Origin: Tubiluchus corallicola
Taxonomy: Eukaryota > Animalia > Priapulida
Assembly (NCBI GenBank): GCA_030141605.1
Contig: JAQGDQ010000161.1
Coordinates: 372,001-436,000, forward strand
DNA length: 64,000 nucleotides
Reading direction: 5' to 3'
Shown: positions 38,530 to 62,100 of the stretch, one piece after another
How the letters are laid out: each line of letters starts with the position of its first letter
Position numbering within the stretch: the first letter of the stretch is position 1
The notes under the pieces: model-generated
Databases searched by the model: none
What the model was told of the DNA's origin: nothing
The model's input: only the letters and a program-made list of their open reading frames with translations
Position numbers and translations under genes: made by a program

Positions 38530-41232
38530 TTATTTTGCAAAACGATGTACATCCAGCATCGTAGCAGACCTTTCTTTTGCAATTACTTTACTTAAGTGAT
38601 GATGCTTTGATGACTTTTCATCAGATTCTGGAAGACGAAATAAAGTTTTAATTGCATCAAAACGTAGATTACTGCCTGCTCTTTCAGCTTCTGCAATATC
38701 AGAAACAAGGTCAACATTTTCAAAAGAGTTAATTTTCAAATATTCCGGAGTTGACGTCGGAAGCATATTTTCATTGTAACGCACGACATCCATATTAAAA
38801 GTAGTACCTGTGTGAATATTTGACACCTGCGGCAAATGTTCCATCGCTTCCTGCCATTTCTCGAAGGTTTTCAAACCTTCACGATATTCTTCTAACTGTA
38901 AATCAATTGGTTTATTTGGAAAGTAGTAATCAGTCACTGAATAAGGGAGCTTTCTTGCAGTGGGTTGTGTCCCAGGAGCAGGATCAAATATATGCAGAGG
39001 AGAATACTTTGGCGCATTTATCAACTCCTGTGGAACTGTAAACTCACTGTGCACTGTACGAGGTTCTGTTTCTTCCACACTATGTTTGCTGCTAGGTTTT
39101 GATATGGTTACACTTGACTCAACTGATTCGGCTAAATCAGTTGCTAATTCACCTTCAAGATGTTTTTTGCTCAAGCACTTATTAGCAAAGTAAAGGTACA
39201 TTACTTCCACCCGTTCAATCCCAGGAAAATCAGCAAATTCTGGGAACAAACATTCGTGATTTTGGGGAAAGTTGAAATTAATATCGTGAAGAGAGATATC
39301 TGGTATGTTACTTGTGGCGACATCTGGCATAGGTAGCTTATTGTAAATCCCAAGGTCACATTTGCCCACTCTTGGAGGTGCTGGGAACTGCGATAAGTCA
39401 TACTGGCCAGGCATGTGGCCTGTCAAAAAATCTACTTGGGGAAGACTCTTTGTTTTGCTAATTTTCTCAAAACTAAGGGCTTTTTTACTTTCGACACCCG
39501 TAATGTCAGAGACATCTTCAGACGACATATCGCCCTCTATATTGACAACAGAACACTGTTCAAATTGGATTTTTGCTAAATAATCTTTGATCTTTCTTAA
39601 TCTTTTCTCCATCCTACATCGATATATCACTTTCCATGTAGCAGCGATAAATCTTTCTAATGTTCTTTGTCGCTGGGCCCACAGATTAATCTTTCCTCTG
39701 TCAAAAGATGGCTGACGTATAACTGTATCATCAGCACTTCTACAGGTTCTTCCTGCTAATGAAACTGTAGCAACATCAGAGCCTAACACTGATTGCTCTG
39801 ACATGAAGACCATTGCCTCTTCTGTCTGTGATAACTCAGCCTTAGTTTCAGAAGTAAGAGGCAAAAATCCATGTTTTACATCAATTTTTTCACTGTCCTC
39901 CTTATCGATTTTCTTGCACCTGTCCAAGAAAATTTTTTCTTTGTCCATTCTACTCAGTTTGCTGCTTGCATATTTTTTATTTACCTTTACTAAGACATCT
40001 TCACATCTTGAACTACTCTTGCTTTTGTGCTTCTTTAAAAATAAAATATTCTTCTGTTGACCTGCTTGATGTTTCCGCTCAAAAACTTTGTCTTGAAAAA
40101 CTTGTTTTTCTGGTAATCTTAGGTCACTAGTTTCATGTTCAATTATACTTGCAATATCTCTTTTTAGTGAGTCCATGCTTTCCTCTAAAACAGACTGCTG
40201 AAGTTCCATGAGTGCTAAGCCAGCGCTTTCAACAACATCTGACTCACTTCTGTCACAAGGCTGCAAAAGACTTTCATTTGATGTTGTCAGTAAAAGTCTA
40301 CTACTTTTGCTAGCAGCAGTTCCATCCACGGCTTCTGTTGATGTTTCTGTGGCATCGTTCACACTTTTTAGCGCAGCAGAACTATCACCTAAAACTTTCT
40401 CTGTTTCGGATATGAATGGCAGTTTTTCCGTTGAACCAGTTATAACACAGGTCAATGGAGTACTGTCAAAATGCAGTAAATGCAAATGAATTTCTGCACA
40501 AGCTGCTTCCAGATTTACTGGTTTAAATGTGATGAAAAACCTTTTCTCAGACATTCCAGGAATTACACCATCACGAGGATGATAGGTAAATGCCGGATGA
40601 TCTTGTACAATGGTCACCCAGAAACTACATTCTGCAGCCATATCATTCTTTAGAGGAAGAGCAAGAGTTTTGCTTTCTCCACATTGTAAAGCAGGAAACG
40701 TTAAAGCTTCGGGAAAACTTGGCAGCAACTGTGCTTCCGTTGCATGGATTGGAATTAGTAAATTCTTATTATTCTGGCAATGTATCCTAATACAGTCATA
40801 GTAATAGCGTGTTTCTTGAGGAGTAAACACAATGTTAACAGTCATTTTCAAACCTGGCAAAATGGTTCCTTTTTTGGTATAAGAAATCGAGAAAAACTCT
40901 GTCTGCGGAGGAATTATGTGTATCTTTTGGCTTCTCACAGAGGTATTTATGATTTGCAAAGTTAACTTTTGAGAACTTCCTGACACAAACTTGGAAAAAT
41001 GTAACACGGCCGGTTTAACAAATATGTCTTCATTCTTTTCTTGTGTGAATACTTTGGTTTCCAGTAAGTGGTTAGGGACACCTGCACATGATGCTGGTTC
41101 AACTTCTCCACACAAGAAAGTGGACAAGCTTCCTTGTAGGAGTTTGGGTGACAATGACAGATTTTCTACCGCAATTTGACCTTCATTTGGTATATTGCAT
41201 ACGTCAAGCGAGAAGCACTCAGAACTAGCCAT
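38530..41232 (-). CDS. CFAP221: Cilia- and flagella-associated protein 221 (PCDP1), 900 aa, intronless CDS
   Basis: VPNHLLETKV, IHIIPPQTEFF, ILPGL, RYYYDCIRIHC..LLIPIHA, HPAF..GVIP and FDSTPLTCVITG match the CFAP221 N-terminal domains as recalled; also RFIAATWKVIYRCR and PLHIFDPAPG further on. Confidence 0.93.
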   Translation of the reverse strand: MASSECFSLDVCNIPNEGQIAVENLSLSPKLLQGSLSTFLCGEVEPASCAGVPNHLLETKVFTQEKNEDIFVKPAVLHFSKFVSGSSQKLTLQIINTSVRSQKIHIIPPQTEFFSISYTKKGTILPGLKMTVNIVFTPQETRYYYDCIRIHCQNNKNLLIPIHATEAQLLPSFPEALTFPALQCGESKTLALPLKNDMAAECSFWVTIVQDHPAFTYHPRDGVIPGMSEKRFFITFKPVNLEAACAEIHLHLLHFDSTPLTCVITGSTEKLPFISETEKVLGDSSAALKSVNDATETSTEAVDGTAASKSSRLLLTTSNESLLQPCDRSESDVVESAGLALMELQQSVLEESMDSLKRDIASIIEHETSDLRLPEKQVFQDKVFERKHQAGQQKNILFLKKHKSKSSSRCEDVLVKVNKKYASSKLSRMDKEKIFLDRCKKIDKEDSEKIDVKHGFLPLTSETKAELSQTEEAMVFMSEQSVLGSDVATVSLAGRTCRSADDTVIRQPSFDRGKINLWAQRQRTLERFIAATWKVIYRCRMEKRLRKIKDYLAKIQFEQCSVVNIEGDMSSEDVSDITGVESKKALSFEKISKTKSLPQVDFLTGHMPGQYDLSQFPAPPRVGKCDLGIYNKLPMPDVATSNIPDISLHDINFNFPQNHECLFPEFADFPGIERVEVMYLYFANKCLSKKHLEGELATDLAESVESSVTISKPSSKHSVEETEPRTVHSEFTVPQELINAPKYSPLHIFDPAPGTQPTARKLPYSVTDYYFPNKPIDLQLEEYREGLKTFEKWQEAMEHLPQVSNIHTGTTFNMDVVRYNENMLPTSTPEYLKINSFENVDLVSDIAEAERAGSNLRFDAIKTLFRLPESDEKSSKHHHLSKVIAKERSATMLDVHRFAK

Positions 41233-42779
41233 TGGGTAGAAGTTTCACTTACAAAGCTCAAGTACAGTAATCTGTAAAAATAAATAATAAATACCTTTAC
41301 ACAAAACTCGTTTGATATGTCGATGTCCAACAATTAGCAAAGCAACCTTTAGTAATCTTAGGTAAAAATAAACTAGTACACATGAACAAAATTACATATT
41401 ACAGAATAGAGGTAGTCTCATGGCAAAAAATCAAACAGAGAAAGAGCAGTTCAGAGTCTTGACAACAATGTCAAATACCTAAAACTGCTGAAAGATTGTC
41501 TCAGAAGCACAGGAAAATTTTCATATAAACCATTAATTGTTAAAAGTTATCAATCATGCTATATAAAAATGAGCTAACAAAGGTTATCCTACAGGTTAGG
41601 GCCAGATTATAATTATTTAAAAATTCCTAACCATTCACAGGCATTCACATTCACATTCCTAAACATAAGCATGCACAGATTGAAATGGCAGCCGTTTTTC
41701 GCCACTTGTCTGTTTTATAAATACAATGATACCTACACATAAACAATCCACAGTTACAAACAATCGTCAATTTTTTAAATATTTTTGTAGACCCCTGAAT
41801 TAAAATTTCACACATGATACACGCCTGCATGGTTAGGTTGCATTTTAAGTTATGTTCTGCACTTCTAACACAACACAAATTCCTTAAGTTTCCTACATTT
41901 TTTGAAATTGCGTAAAACCCTAAAAATGACTAAATATAATCATTAACATATTGTCTGCCTCTATGAGCATTTTATTTATTTATTCATTTTATTTTATTTT
42001 ATTTTTATTTTTCACTTCAGCACAACAGTACAAAACAATGTACAAAAAAAAATAAAATGACCAAAATAACAAAACAATTAACATCAAATCAGAAAAAATT
42101 ACGTAAGTCGTACATATTGTGTAACAATACCATAGATATGGTTTATGTAGATCAAAGATCTTGGTGATTGCTTAGAAGTGTTCTGCATTCTAGACTGTCT
42201 TGCTGTTCTGATCTTCTTTGTTTAAGTTCCTTATTAGTTTAATAAATACTATTTTATTATGCACGCATTTGTCTGGTTGCTGATATAATTGTAGCGTGTA
42301 ACATATTGTACTGCAGAACACTGAAGAAGCTGAGAGCTTGTAAATGCTTTCTGGAAATGTGAAAAAGAGAAGGAAAAAGGTGGTAGTAGTAATAAACGTT
42401 TGGGAAAAATAGTGTGAAGAATGGCGATCGATGGGGTGGGGTGCATTGCAAAAAAACCATATTCTTGAATGATAAGTACAACATATAAAGACATAGACAA
42501 AGACAGACATAAACTACAATTGATGTTTGCAAATTTGACAATTAACAAAGATATACGTTATGTACATATAATATATATTAACAAGATAAACAAACTATAA
42601 GAATAGACAAAGATAGACATAGCATTTAGTTTACACTGGTTTCAGTTTTAAATAGCAACTGCTCTTAGACTTTGAATACCAAATCTAACGGAATCATACC
42701 AAAATAATATCGTGTTATCCGTTTTTATTATAAGTTAGTACGCGCGTTGCACAAAGAAATTGTACGTGTCATCGAATTT

Positions 42780-43000
42780 GAACCTCTTTCGATAAAATCA
42801 ATGTTGTTCAGCCGTTGCTATGGTTATAAACAAGTTATTTTTGCAAAGTGCGCGGTGAATATTCCGCCAACGTATCCCTCGTACGCGCGCGACCACACGA
42901 TGCTGCGTGGAGCCTGCATGTAGTCCATGTACCTCAAAACCACATGTTTACGTCAATCGCTTCAAACTAGGCTAGCGCCCACGCAGGACAAGAGGTACCA
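42780..43000. promoter_or_regulatory. Candidate CFAP221 (possibly bidirectional) promoter with X-box-like and forkhead motifs
   Basis: GTTGCTATGGTTAT at 42814-42827 (RFX X-box-like), overlapping ATAAACAA at 42826-42833, followed by a locally CpG-rich stretch. Confidence 0.5.
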
Positions 43001-44319
43001 GTAGAAAAGTGAAAACATGTCAAAGAAAATATAATAATTAATTGTGATAGTTTGGTATCACGTTAATTCGTTACCATTAAAGGCAAAAGCCAAGTCTTTC
43101 GGGAAGTTGAGCTTATTTTGATATTTGAGAAAAATCTTAGAAGGTCTCACCTATAAGATTGTGATAAGTGACTAGTGTAATTGGTAACATCAATTTATAA
43201 AGTCGTGATCGTTCAAAATTGGACGTCCTCATTTTGAAGGAATAATGCCGTCATCAGATTAATGTACAATTACATCCGTTTCAATCTAAGACTATCCAGG
43301 CTATTAGGCTAGGCCACTTAATTGTAAAATTACTCAAGTGCTTAGTGCAGTGGGAAAAACGAGTCCACCAAGTCTTCTATAAGTAAGTGGCTTAATTTTG
43401 AAAATATGCAAATCCATTTGCTCTAAATAGAAACTTGGCAATATCTACAATGGGAAATTATAATGTATTATGAACTTCTTCAGTTCTTTGAACTACTTGA
43501 CAATAAATATACTGCGCTACTGTTGCACAATACAACTTCGAACACCATTGCGCAAACAACACCATTTGCTCCAATCAAGCGGCTTAAGCCTACTGGCAAT
43601 CTGCACTAAAATTAATCTGACTATCCCGCGTTCAATGTTACATTTCAACATACAAGAAATTGAAAAAAATGCATACAGAGCGCATATTATACAAGCCTGC
43701 ATTACTTACATCAGTCATACAATGCAAGTTCGAGCACCATTAATTTGTGTAAATAACACTATTTTCACCAGTCGAGTCTACTTTCAATCGGCATTAGAGA
43801 TGGCTATCTTGTGTTTAATGGAAAATTTGTTTCAGATCTGCTCAAATTTGTTTCAACTAACCAGCCGAAAGAAATAGACTTATTTGCCTGATGTAGAATG
43901 AATAATTAACCAATTCAACCCGAATGTAGCTAAAACAACCAATTAATTCTGGCTGCTTCATTTTCTTATTTTACGGGATTACGCTGTCGTAAATAATAAG
44001 CTAGATCCGGTCTTACTATTAACGGACATATGTAATTGTTTAGGAGTTGTAGAGAAAATAATATACAGAGAAATAAAGTCATTTTACGTTATTGACGCTA
44101 TATACCTAAATTTCATTTTTTCACAGATTTTCTCTTCTCACAATTTGAGACGTGCTGCTTCCAAAAACTATAAATTATGGTGATTAAGATTCTGCATAAA
44201 ACATTATAGCAGTATCTTCTTGTTTTACCACCGGATTTTATTTATATATTTATTTATTTATTAAGATTCTGCTTACAGCTGAATCTCTTTGTTTTACCAC
44301 TGATTTTTATTTATTAATT

Positions 44320-46790
44320 ATTTATAGTACGCCTTTTTGTTTCATCAAAAACTCGCACATGCACAGGGCAAGGTTCACAAAACTTACAGGGCACACTCTC
44401 CTGGTAAGAGGATTTATGTTCGCACATGACCCGTCACCCTTGGATCAAAGGTCACAGAGCGGGCAGAACATTTTGTTTTTTTTCGTTAGGCTGGATTTCC
44501 TCCTACAGTTTTTGAGTTAGGGCCACAATGTGGCTAGGTGATGTCGAGTTGTTATGCACGGCTGAATATGAGCGAATTGGGTGTGTGAAAATTTTTCGGT
44601 AAGAGGCAAGGGTGTCGGGGACACCAGTACTTCCAATTTGGGGTAACACTGTCGTGTAATATATCAAATGAAAGGTCTTGTTGAGACGAATCGAATGGTA
44701 TAACTTTCGCTGATTTTGGCTAGCCCATGACCCCACTAGGGGACAGAAACCGAAATCACGGGTTGGGACACTAATGCTTCCGTGTCAAGTAGCAGTAGCT
44801 TGTACTACGTCAAATGAAAGGTATTGATGAGCAGAATGGAATGGTATGAAGTTACGCCCAGATTTGTTGACTCTTGACCTGCTAGGAGGCAAAAAACAAA
44901 ATTGAGGGTCATGTAGACAAATGCTTTTCAGTGTCCAGCAGCATCAGGTTGTCAGTATATCAAATGAAAAGTATCAATGAGACTAATCGAGTGGTATAAG
45001 TCATGCCTGCATTTGTTGACCCTTGACCTCGAGGTCAGAGGTAAAGTGGAAGTCCCAGTTTTAGTGTCTTACAATACATCAAATGAAAGGTCTCGATGAG
45101 ACGAATTGAATGAGACAACCTAAGCTTAGACTGGTCAACCACAGGCCCCACTAGAGGATGATAAGTGAAATTGTCTGGCAGTAATACAAAATCTTCCTAC
45201 GTTGAGCAACAGTATGTTGTAGCATATCAAATGAAAACTCTTGATGAGAAGAATTGAATGGTGTATCTTGACCCGTATTTGGTCAGCCTTGAGCCACTGG
45301 TCACTGATCAAAAAGTTACAAATTCTGATTTCATTGAAACTGTTAATCGAGTCAGACACAACCGTACTTACGTAAATTGACCAACACACAGTGTTGTTAA
45401 TTATTTTGAAAACAATTTTATTTGTAGATACAAAACAAAATATGTCATTTAAAGCACCTCCTGTCACAGAAGCAGAACCTTACCACAGTTTTCGACACAG
45501 TCAAAGACGTCCAGTAGTTTATTTTTATTCTCCGCTACGACGCTTAATAGCTCTAAAACCATACTAGATAGAGACCCCAGACTTGCAGGGCAGACACCTG
45601 GGGTAGGGGTACAGACATTGGTATCATGACCGTTGACCTCCTGTCAAAAGGTCAAGGACACTGGGCATCGGCTATTTTTTCGATTATCATTCAACCGATT
45701 TCGATTTCGAACAACTTCTCCTAGGAGTTTGAGTCAAATTCAAATTTTTTTCACAGGTATTTAGATCTTTTGGTGTAGATGTGCATTAGGTATTTTTCAA
45801 AAATTGGTGTGTGGAAAATTCCGAGTTAGGAGCCGAAATGTGAAAATTTGGGCAAACGGCTTTGTCGTTCAACTCCTCTTAGTCGATTATGGGTCTAGGG
45901 GGTCAATGTTTATGTATGTTTGGGTAACCGGGTAGGTCTAGATGTGCATTCAGTATTTTCAAAAAGTGCGTGTGGTCAAGTCACGTTACATAAGCGAAAG
46001 TGTTAAAATGGGTTCACGTCAATAACTCTAAAAGTACAAGAGCTAGAATCACAAAACTTGTAAAGCGGACACCTGAGGCAGGCAGTCAGACGTGACATCA
46101 GACGTGATGTGGGTCAAAAGTCACACAGTATTTGAATAACAGTCCATGTTTTTGCATGTATTGGTAGCGGGGTAATGATAGATTTGCATTAAGTATTGTT
46201 TGAAAAATAGGCATGTCCAAGTCACGTGACATTGGTGAAACTGTTAAAATTTTGTCAATACCTGGAAAAGTAAACAAGCTGGAGTCACAATATTTACAGG
46301 GTGGGTACCTCGCGTCAGGGCACAGACAACGGAAAACCAGACGGTGACCTATGGTCAAAGGGTCAAGGACAGTAGACAGTAGACATAGTTTTCGTTAGGC
46401 TTTATTTACTATTACAGTTTTTGAGCTAAGGCACAATTTTTGGTATGCGGCTAGATGAGCCCAATCTCTTATGACTGACTGAATTCAGGTCATTTGGGAT
46501 AGCAAAAAAATTTCGATGAGGAACCAAAAACTGAAAATGGGTGGGTTGTCACAGATGTTTTGCCGGTCTTGAAGAATAGTGGCTTGTAGTGCATCAAATA
46601 AAAGGTTTCGATGAGATGAACTGCACGGTATAGGTTGGCCCGAAATTGGCTGACCCCTGACCTACGATCACGGGTCTAAATGTCGCAAGTTGCGATTTCG
46701 TTGAAACGAAATGCAAGCATTGTGAATACACTGAAGACAATACTGAGACCTTCAGATCCAAGACCCATGGGGTTGCGATCCGAAAGTGGC
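44320..46790. mobile_element. Helentron/DINE-like non-autonomous repeat complex with internal ~148-bp tandem units
   Basis: Recurrent core atcaaatgaaaggt..gatgag..gaat..aatggta; many tgacc/ggtca motifs; paralogous blocks near 44370-44540 and 46280-46440. Confidence 0.6.
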
Positions 46791-47127
46791 ATGTTCCAAT
46801 TTCATCGAAACAAAATGCAGCTACGTTACTTTAAAGTAATGTATTATCACATTGCACTACATTACATAATTTTGATATTGCTTTTCTCTCAGTATATAGT
46901 TAAAGGACTTTACGAAAACAGCAGAGCTACTACAGCCACCTGTGAGTGCACTTTCAATGTGTTTACTGTGCTTACTTTCCCAGGTAAGTAAGACCTTGAC
47001 TTACGAGGCATGTAGGCTATTAGTAAGTAAATATCAGCCTCAAAAAGAAGGCGTGCCATAAGATTTATTACCCTGATTCCCAGACTCCGAATTTTCGTCA
47101 GTTGTAGTAACTTTTGTATATTTGAAA

Positions 47128-58013
<10,886 letters not shown>

Positions 58014-58131
58014 GCAATGACTGATTAAAAGTGCTACAGTCTGTCTATCTGTCTAGCCTATAGACATAGGGATAGTTTTTATATAAACTATTCCGTTGGT
58101 CTTGTAAATGTAATTATAATTATCTGGAAAT

Positions 58132-58137
58132 AATAAA
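58132..58137 (+). terminator. Probable FAAH polyadenylation signal AATAAA
   Basis: About 120 nt after the stop codon, followed by T/GT-rich sequence. Confidence 0.55.
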
Positions 58138-59154
58138 AATTGATAAAACTCTATTGACTTTTGTGTTGTATCAACTTTTTGACATAATTATTATCATTAA
58201 TTTTAAGTTTTATCCTTATGTTTTTTATATATCGAAGCAAATGTGGCAGTCGTACTAATCATTACAGGGAAGAAAAATTAAATGGCTGTATTCAATCTAA
58301 AGTCAAATAGAATACATTAACGATGATGACAATCATGACGATGATGACAATGATGAAGATGATAATGGTGATAATGTTGTTGATGATGACGTGTAAAATG
58401 ATAACAATGATGTTGACGATACATGTTGATGATGACGATGATGAAAATGACCTCAATGATAGCTGCGTGCTCAGGGCAGTAGTGGCAATAGTGCCGACAA
58501 CATTTATTGCTTTTCTATGGCTTTCGTTAGGTTGTTATTGTAGCCATCGTCAACTGCCATTATTGTTGCTGTTGTGTAATGTGTGTTGTTGATTTTATTT
58601 AGAATAGGTTAGGTTGAATTGGTATTTTCTAAGATCTTTTGTCATCTGGCTTTTTTAAATGTATTTTTTCCTCCAACTTTTATTTTGTTACTTCTCGTAT
58701 CCATAATCACAGAAGTTTGTTTATTATCGTGATGCAACAATAATAATTATTATGGTAATGTGCTTGTTCTACTTTGTAGTAGTAGTAAATCTCCAGTGTT
58801 ATAATTCTTTTGAGACAAATGTTCTTCGACTGTAATTGCGACAAATTGCACATTCAATAGATTGTCATCAACACAGGTTCCATGGCAAGTTTTTCACTAT
58901 AATTGTTTTTGTTTGGTGTTTGTTTTTTGTGGTGTTTTTTAATTTGTCTCCCGATATGACTAGATTAGTAATTTCTAATTTCTAATCTATCTAATCTCGA
59001 TTTTGTACACAATCATGTAATTAACAAAATATTGCTTCTTCATTTTTGTTGTTATTTTTCTAAATATACATGTTTTGTTTCAGTGCAAGCAAGAAATGCT
59101 ATGCGTAACTTGAAACAGAGCAGTGCACTCTTTTCCTGTAGAAATTTCTGAAAT

Positions 59155-62100
59155 ATGGCGCGCTCCTATGAGGTTGTAGACTTGTGGTTCGTTATTCGTG
59201 GGACGGGAATGAGTTTTCTCGTTTTGAAATGGACGGAAAGCCAAAGCCATTTAATTATGAATTAGAACTTTTTGTATCTGTGTAAGAAAAGTTTAATATT
59301 ATTCTCTGTTTACGAAAATAATTTAAAAAATACATTGGATTTATTAGAAACGTCTGCAAACACCGAGTTTTGTACAGCATGATACTACTAGTACCCTTAG
59401 TTATAGATGCCTATGTTTTTGCTCTATGTATGTGTATATACTGTATATAATATATCAAGTCGTTATAATCTTTCTACTTAAAGTGCAAGCGCCACAAATA
59501 AGTTGTTTTGAGAATGAGTGTATGATATACCCTAATTTTGGGTTTCGTAATCTTACACAATGCCTACCAAAATTAAAACAACAATAATATTGATGGGGGT
59601 AGCTGCAAAGGTGAGTTAAAGTGTTCCCTTGACAAATGTTTCATCTTGATAGGCCTATAAATGTAATTCTAGTACCAGATATCTGAATGTAGATACTGCA
59701 GCATTCTTTTAGGAATAGACATAACCATAGACATAGACAATATTATTGGAGCGGACATCGATATAACACTATCTGGCCTACGTTTATACGATTCTTATCC
59801 AATGTCAGGTCACTACTGTTCTAAATTTTGCAGTATCTGACATTTGCACAAAATACAAGGCATGTGAAGACTTGTAGATCATTCCCCTGGATGACTCAAC
59901 ATTGGATAAATGAATGTTTAAAGCATTCCTTGTTGCACCCCTAGTGCCATAGTTTAGATTTTTAATGCATGTATAAATTTTAAAAAAAATTATTTTTATT
60001 TGGCTTTGAGCTGATGTAAGCTGACAAACTAAACTGGTATTGGTCATGTTGAAGCTTATATTGATACGAATTATTGCTTTCCTTGGTAAATAATGTATCA
60101 CATTAATGTCTACATGATGATGTAAGATTTGGTCAATGGTGTATAAAATGTTGTTCTGTACGTCACTTTTCTAAGCTTAGCCTCTCAAGAGAGTCTAACA
60201 TAGATGTTATGCTCGCATCTTTATGGTGATATACATTATGCACAAATCTTGCCGATCTACACTGTACTCATTCAAGTTCAAGAATGTTGTGGCTCATGTA
60301 TGGATCCAATACTGAAGAAGCGTATTCTAATTTTAGCCTTAATATTGACTGCATAGTCTTTGATAGCTTTTGGACACTCCTTGAAATTTCTGCTACTTTA
60401 GTTGCTACTTTGTGAATTTGTGAACTCCATTTTAAATCTTACGAAATTGTGATGCATAAATCTTAAATTGATGAGACCAAATTTAATGGTTTATGTCTAG
60501 TATTCAACATATTGGCGATCTGTAACAGTGGAATGAGTATGCGAAAAACATATTTAAAACTAAAACATAGTCACACTTGTCAAAGTTAGAATGTATTAGC
60601 CAATCCTGCTCCCATTTATGTGATGTATCCAAGTGTTTTTAAAATCCAGTTATTATCAGATTTGAGACAATGATGCATAATATAATCATCAGTAGAAAGC
60701 CTTCTGTCAGTAGAAACCCATCATGAGACTTTAACAGCAAGATTATGCATGTCAAAAATAACCAGTTTCAAATTCCCAATACTGTCTGTTGTGGAACTCA
60801 GAAATTAAATCAATAGGCTCAGAACAGGCTCCAGCCAGAACAATGCTCTGTGCCTTTTCAATCAAAAATGGTCTTTTCCAAGACTACAACAAACCTTTAC
60901 AGAATAAGATGTTGATATAATGGCTGATACTTCACAAGGGCCAGTATTGGGTGCTTTTGTCAGTTTTGATGTTTTTGCTGTACTCTGTGAATTATTTCCA
61001 AGAGAATATGTAGACAATTTTATGTTTAAGATGTAATTTAGTATAGTTGTTAAATTAGCAAAATTAATTATACTCTCTATAGCTTGAAGCTTTTAGAAAA
61101 AGTTGCTTGACTGTCATTACTTGCCTTAATCAGCAGATTAATGTGCAGAAATTCTTTTATTTTGATAGGTGACAAAGTGTGCAGTGGGAATTCCTATAAA
61201 TAGACTACTCAGTATGTTGTGTTACAAAAGATTGAAATATCTATTAAAATTTGTTACTCGACATAACATTGGGAATGAATCAGGAAAGTCTGTGCAATGG
61301 AAGCCAAACTTACATATGATACATTCTTGCTCTAGTTGCCATTCGTTGTGTCAGAGCTTATTCCAGAATGTGTTCCATTTCTGCAGTGTTAATTTTGGTT
61401 CACGTTTAGCGCACACTTCTTTCTACTTGCCTCCTCCGGTACTTGATTATGATTACCTTCTAGCTGACAAAAATGTGTCAAAGATAGAGGAGAATGTGAC
61501 AAATCGCAAAGGTGTGGGAAATATCCATACTCTGGTGAGCTATTTTTCCACATCCATTTTCAGCGAGCACTAGTTTTACTGAACAGATTTTACTGCATTC
61601 AATAGCACTTGCCATTTTCAGATTGCTAAGCTTCTCCTAGTAGCTAGTTGTACTTATACTTTATTATATATGTAAGTTATGTGCTTTGCAGTCTACTAAG
61701 TTTTCCTTATATTGATTTCTACAGCAAAAATTTATATTAATGCACCCTTTCATGAAGTCGTTGCAGTACTTTTCCAATCATAATTTATATCTTATCTGTT
61801 AGGCATTTGTATAACTGACCAAAGGCTGCCACTGAATTGGAATCTGTTTATCTGCTTTAGTTCTGGATAATGGTGCCATTAAAGTCAGCGCTTACAACAT
61901 TTTTTACTGTATGAAAAGTACCAAAATATATACTTAATGCTCAAGGCATGGTACTACATACATTGAAATATATGTTAACATAGGTTTTTTTATTATTATT
62001 TCAAGCAACATTTACATAAGAAAAAACTGAGTCTTCAAAAACAGCTGCAAAATACAGAAGACGACTGTCTAAAGGTGAGCTTATAATATATTTAATTTTG

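Noticed and set aside
38820-41179. Plus-strand ORFs antisense to CFAP221
   Set aside because: Short shadows of the long coding frame on the opposite strand.
43470-43877. 135-aa ORF between CFAP221 and FAAH
   Set aside because: No recognisable motif or splice context; length is compatible with chance.
44663-45300. CRISPR array
   Set aside because: Repeats are degenerate, spacers are about 110 nt and related to each other, there are no cas genes and the context is eukaryotic; better explained as a transposon-internal tandem repeat.
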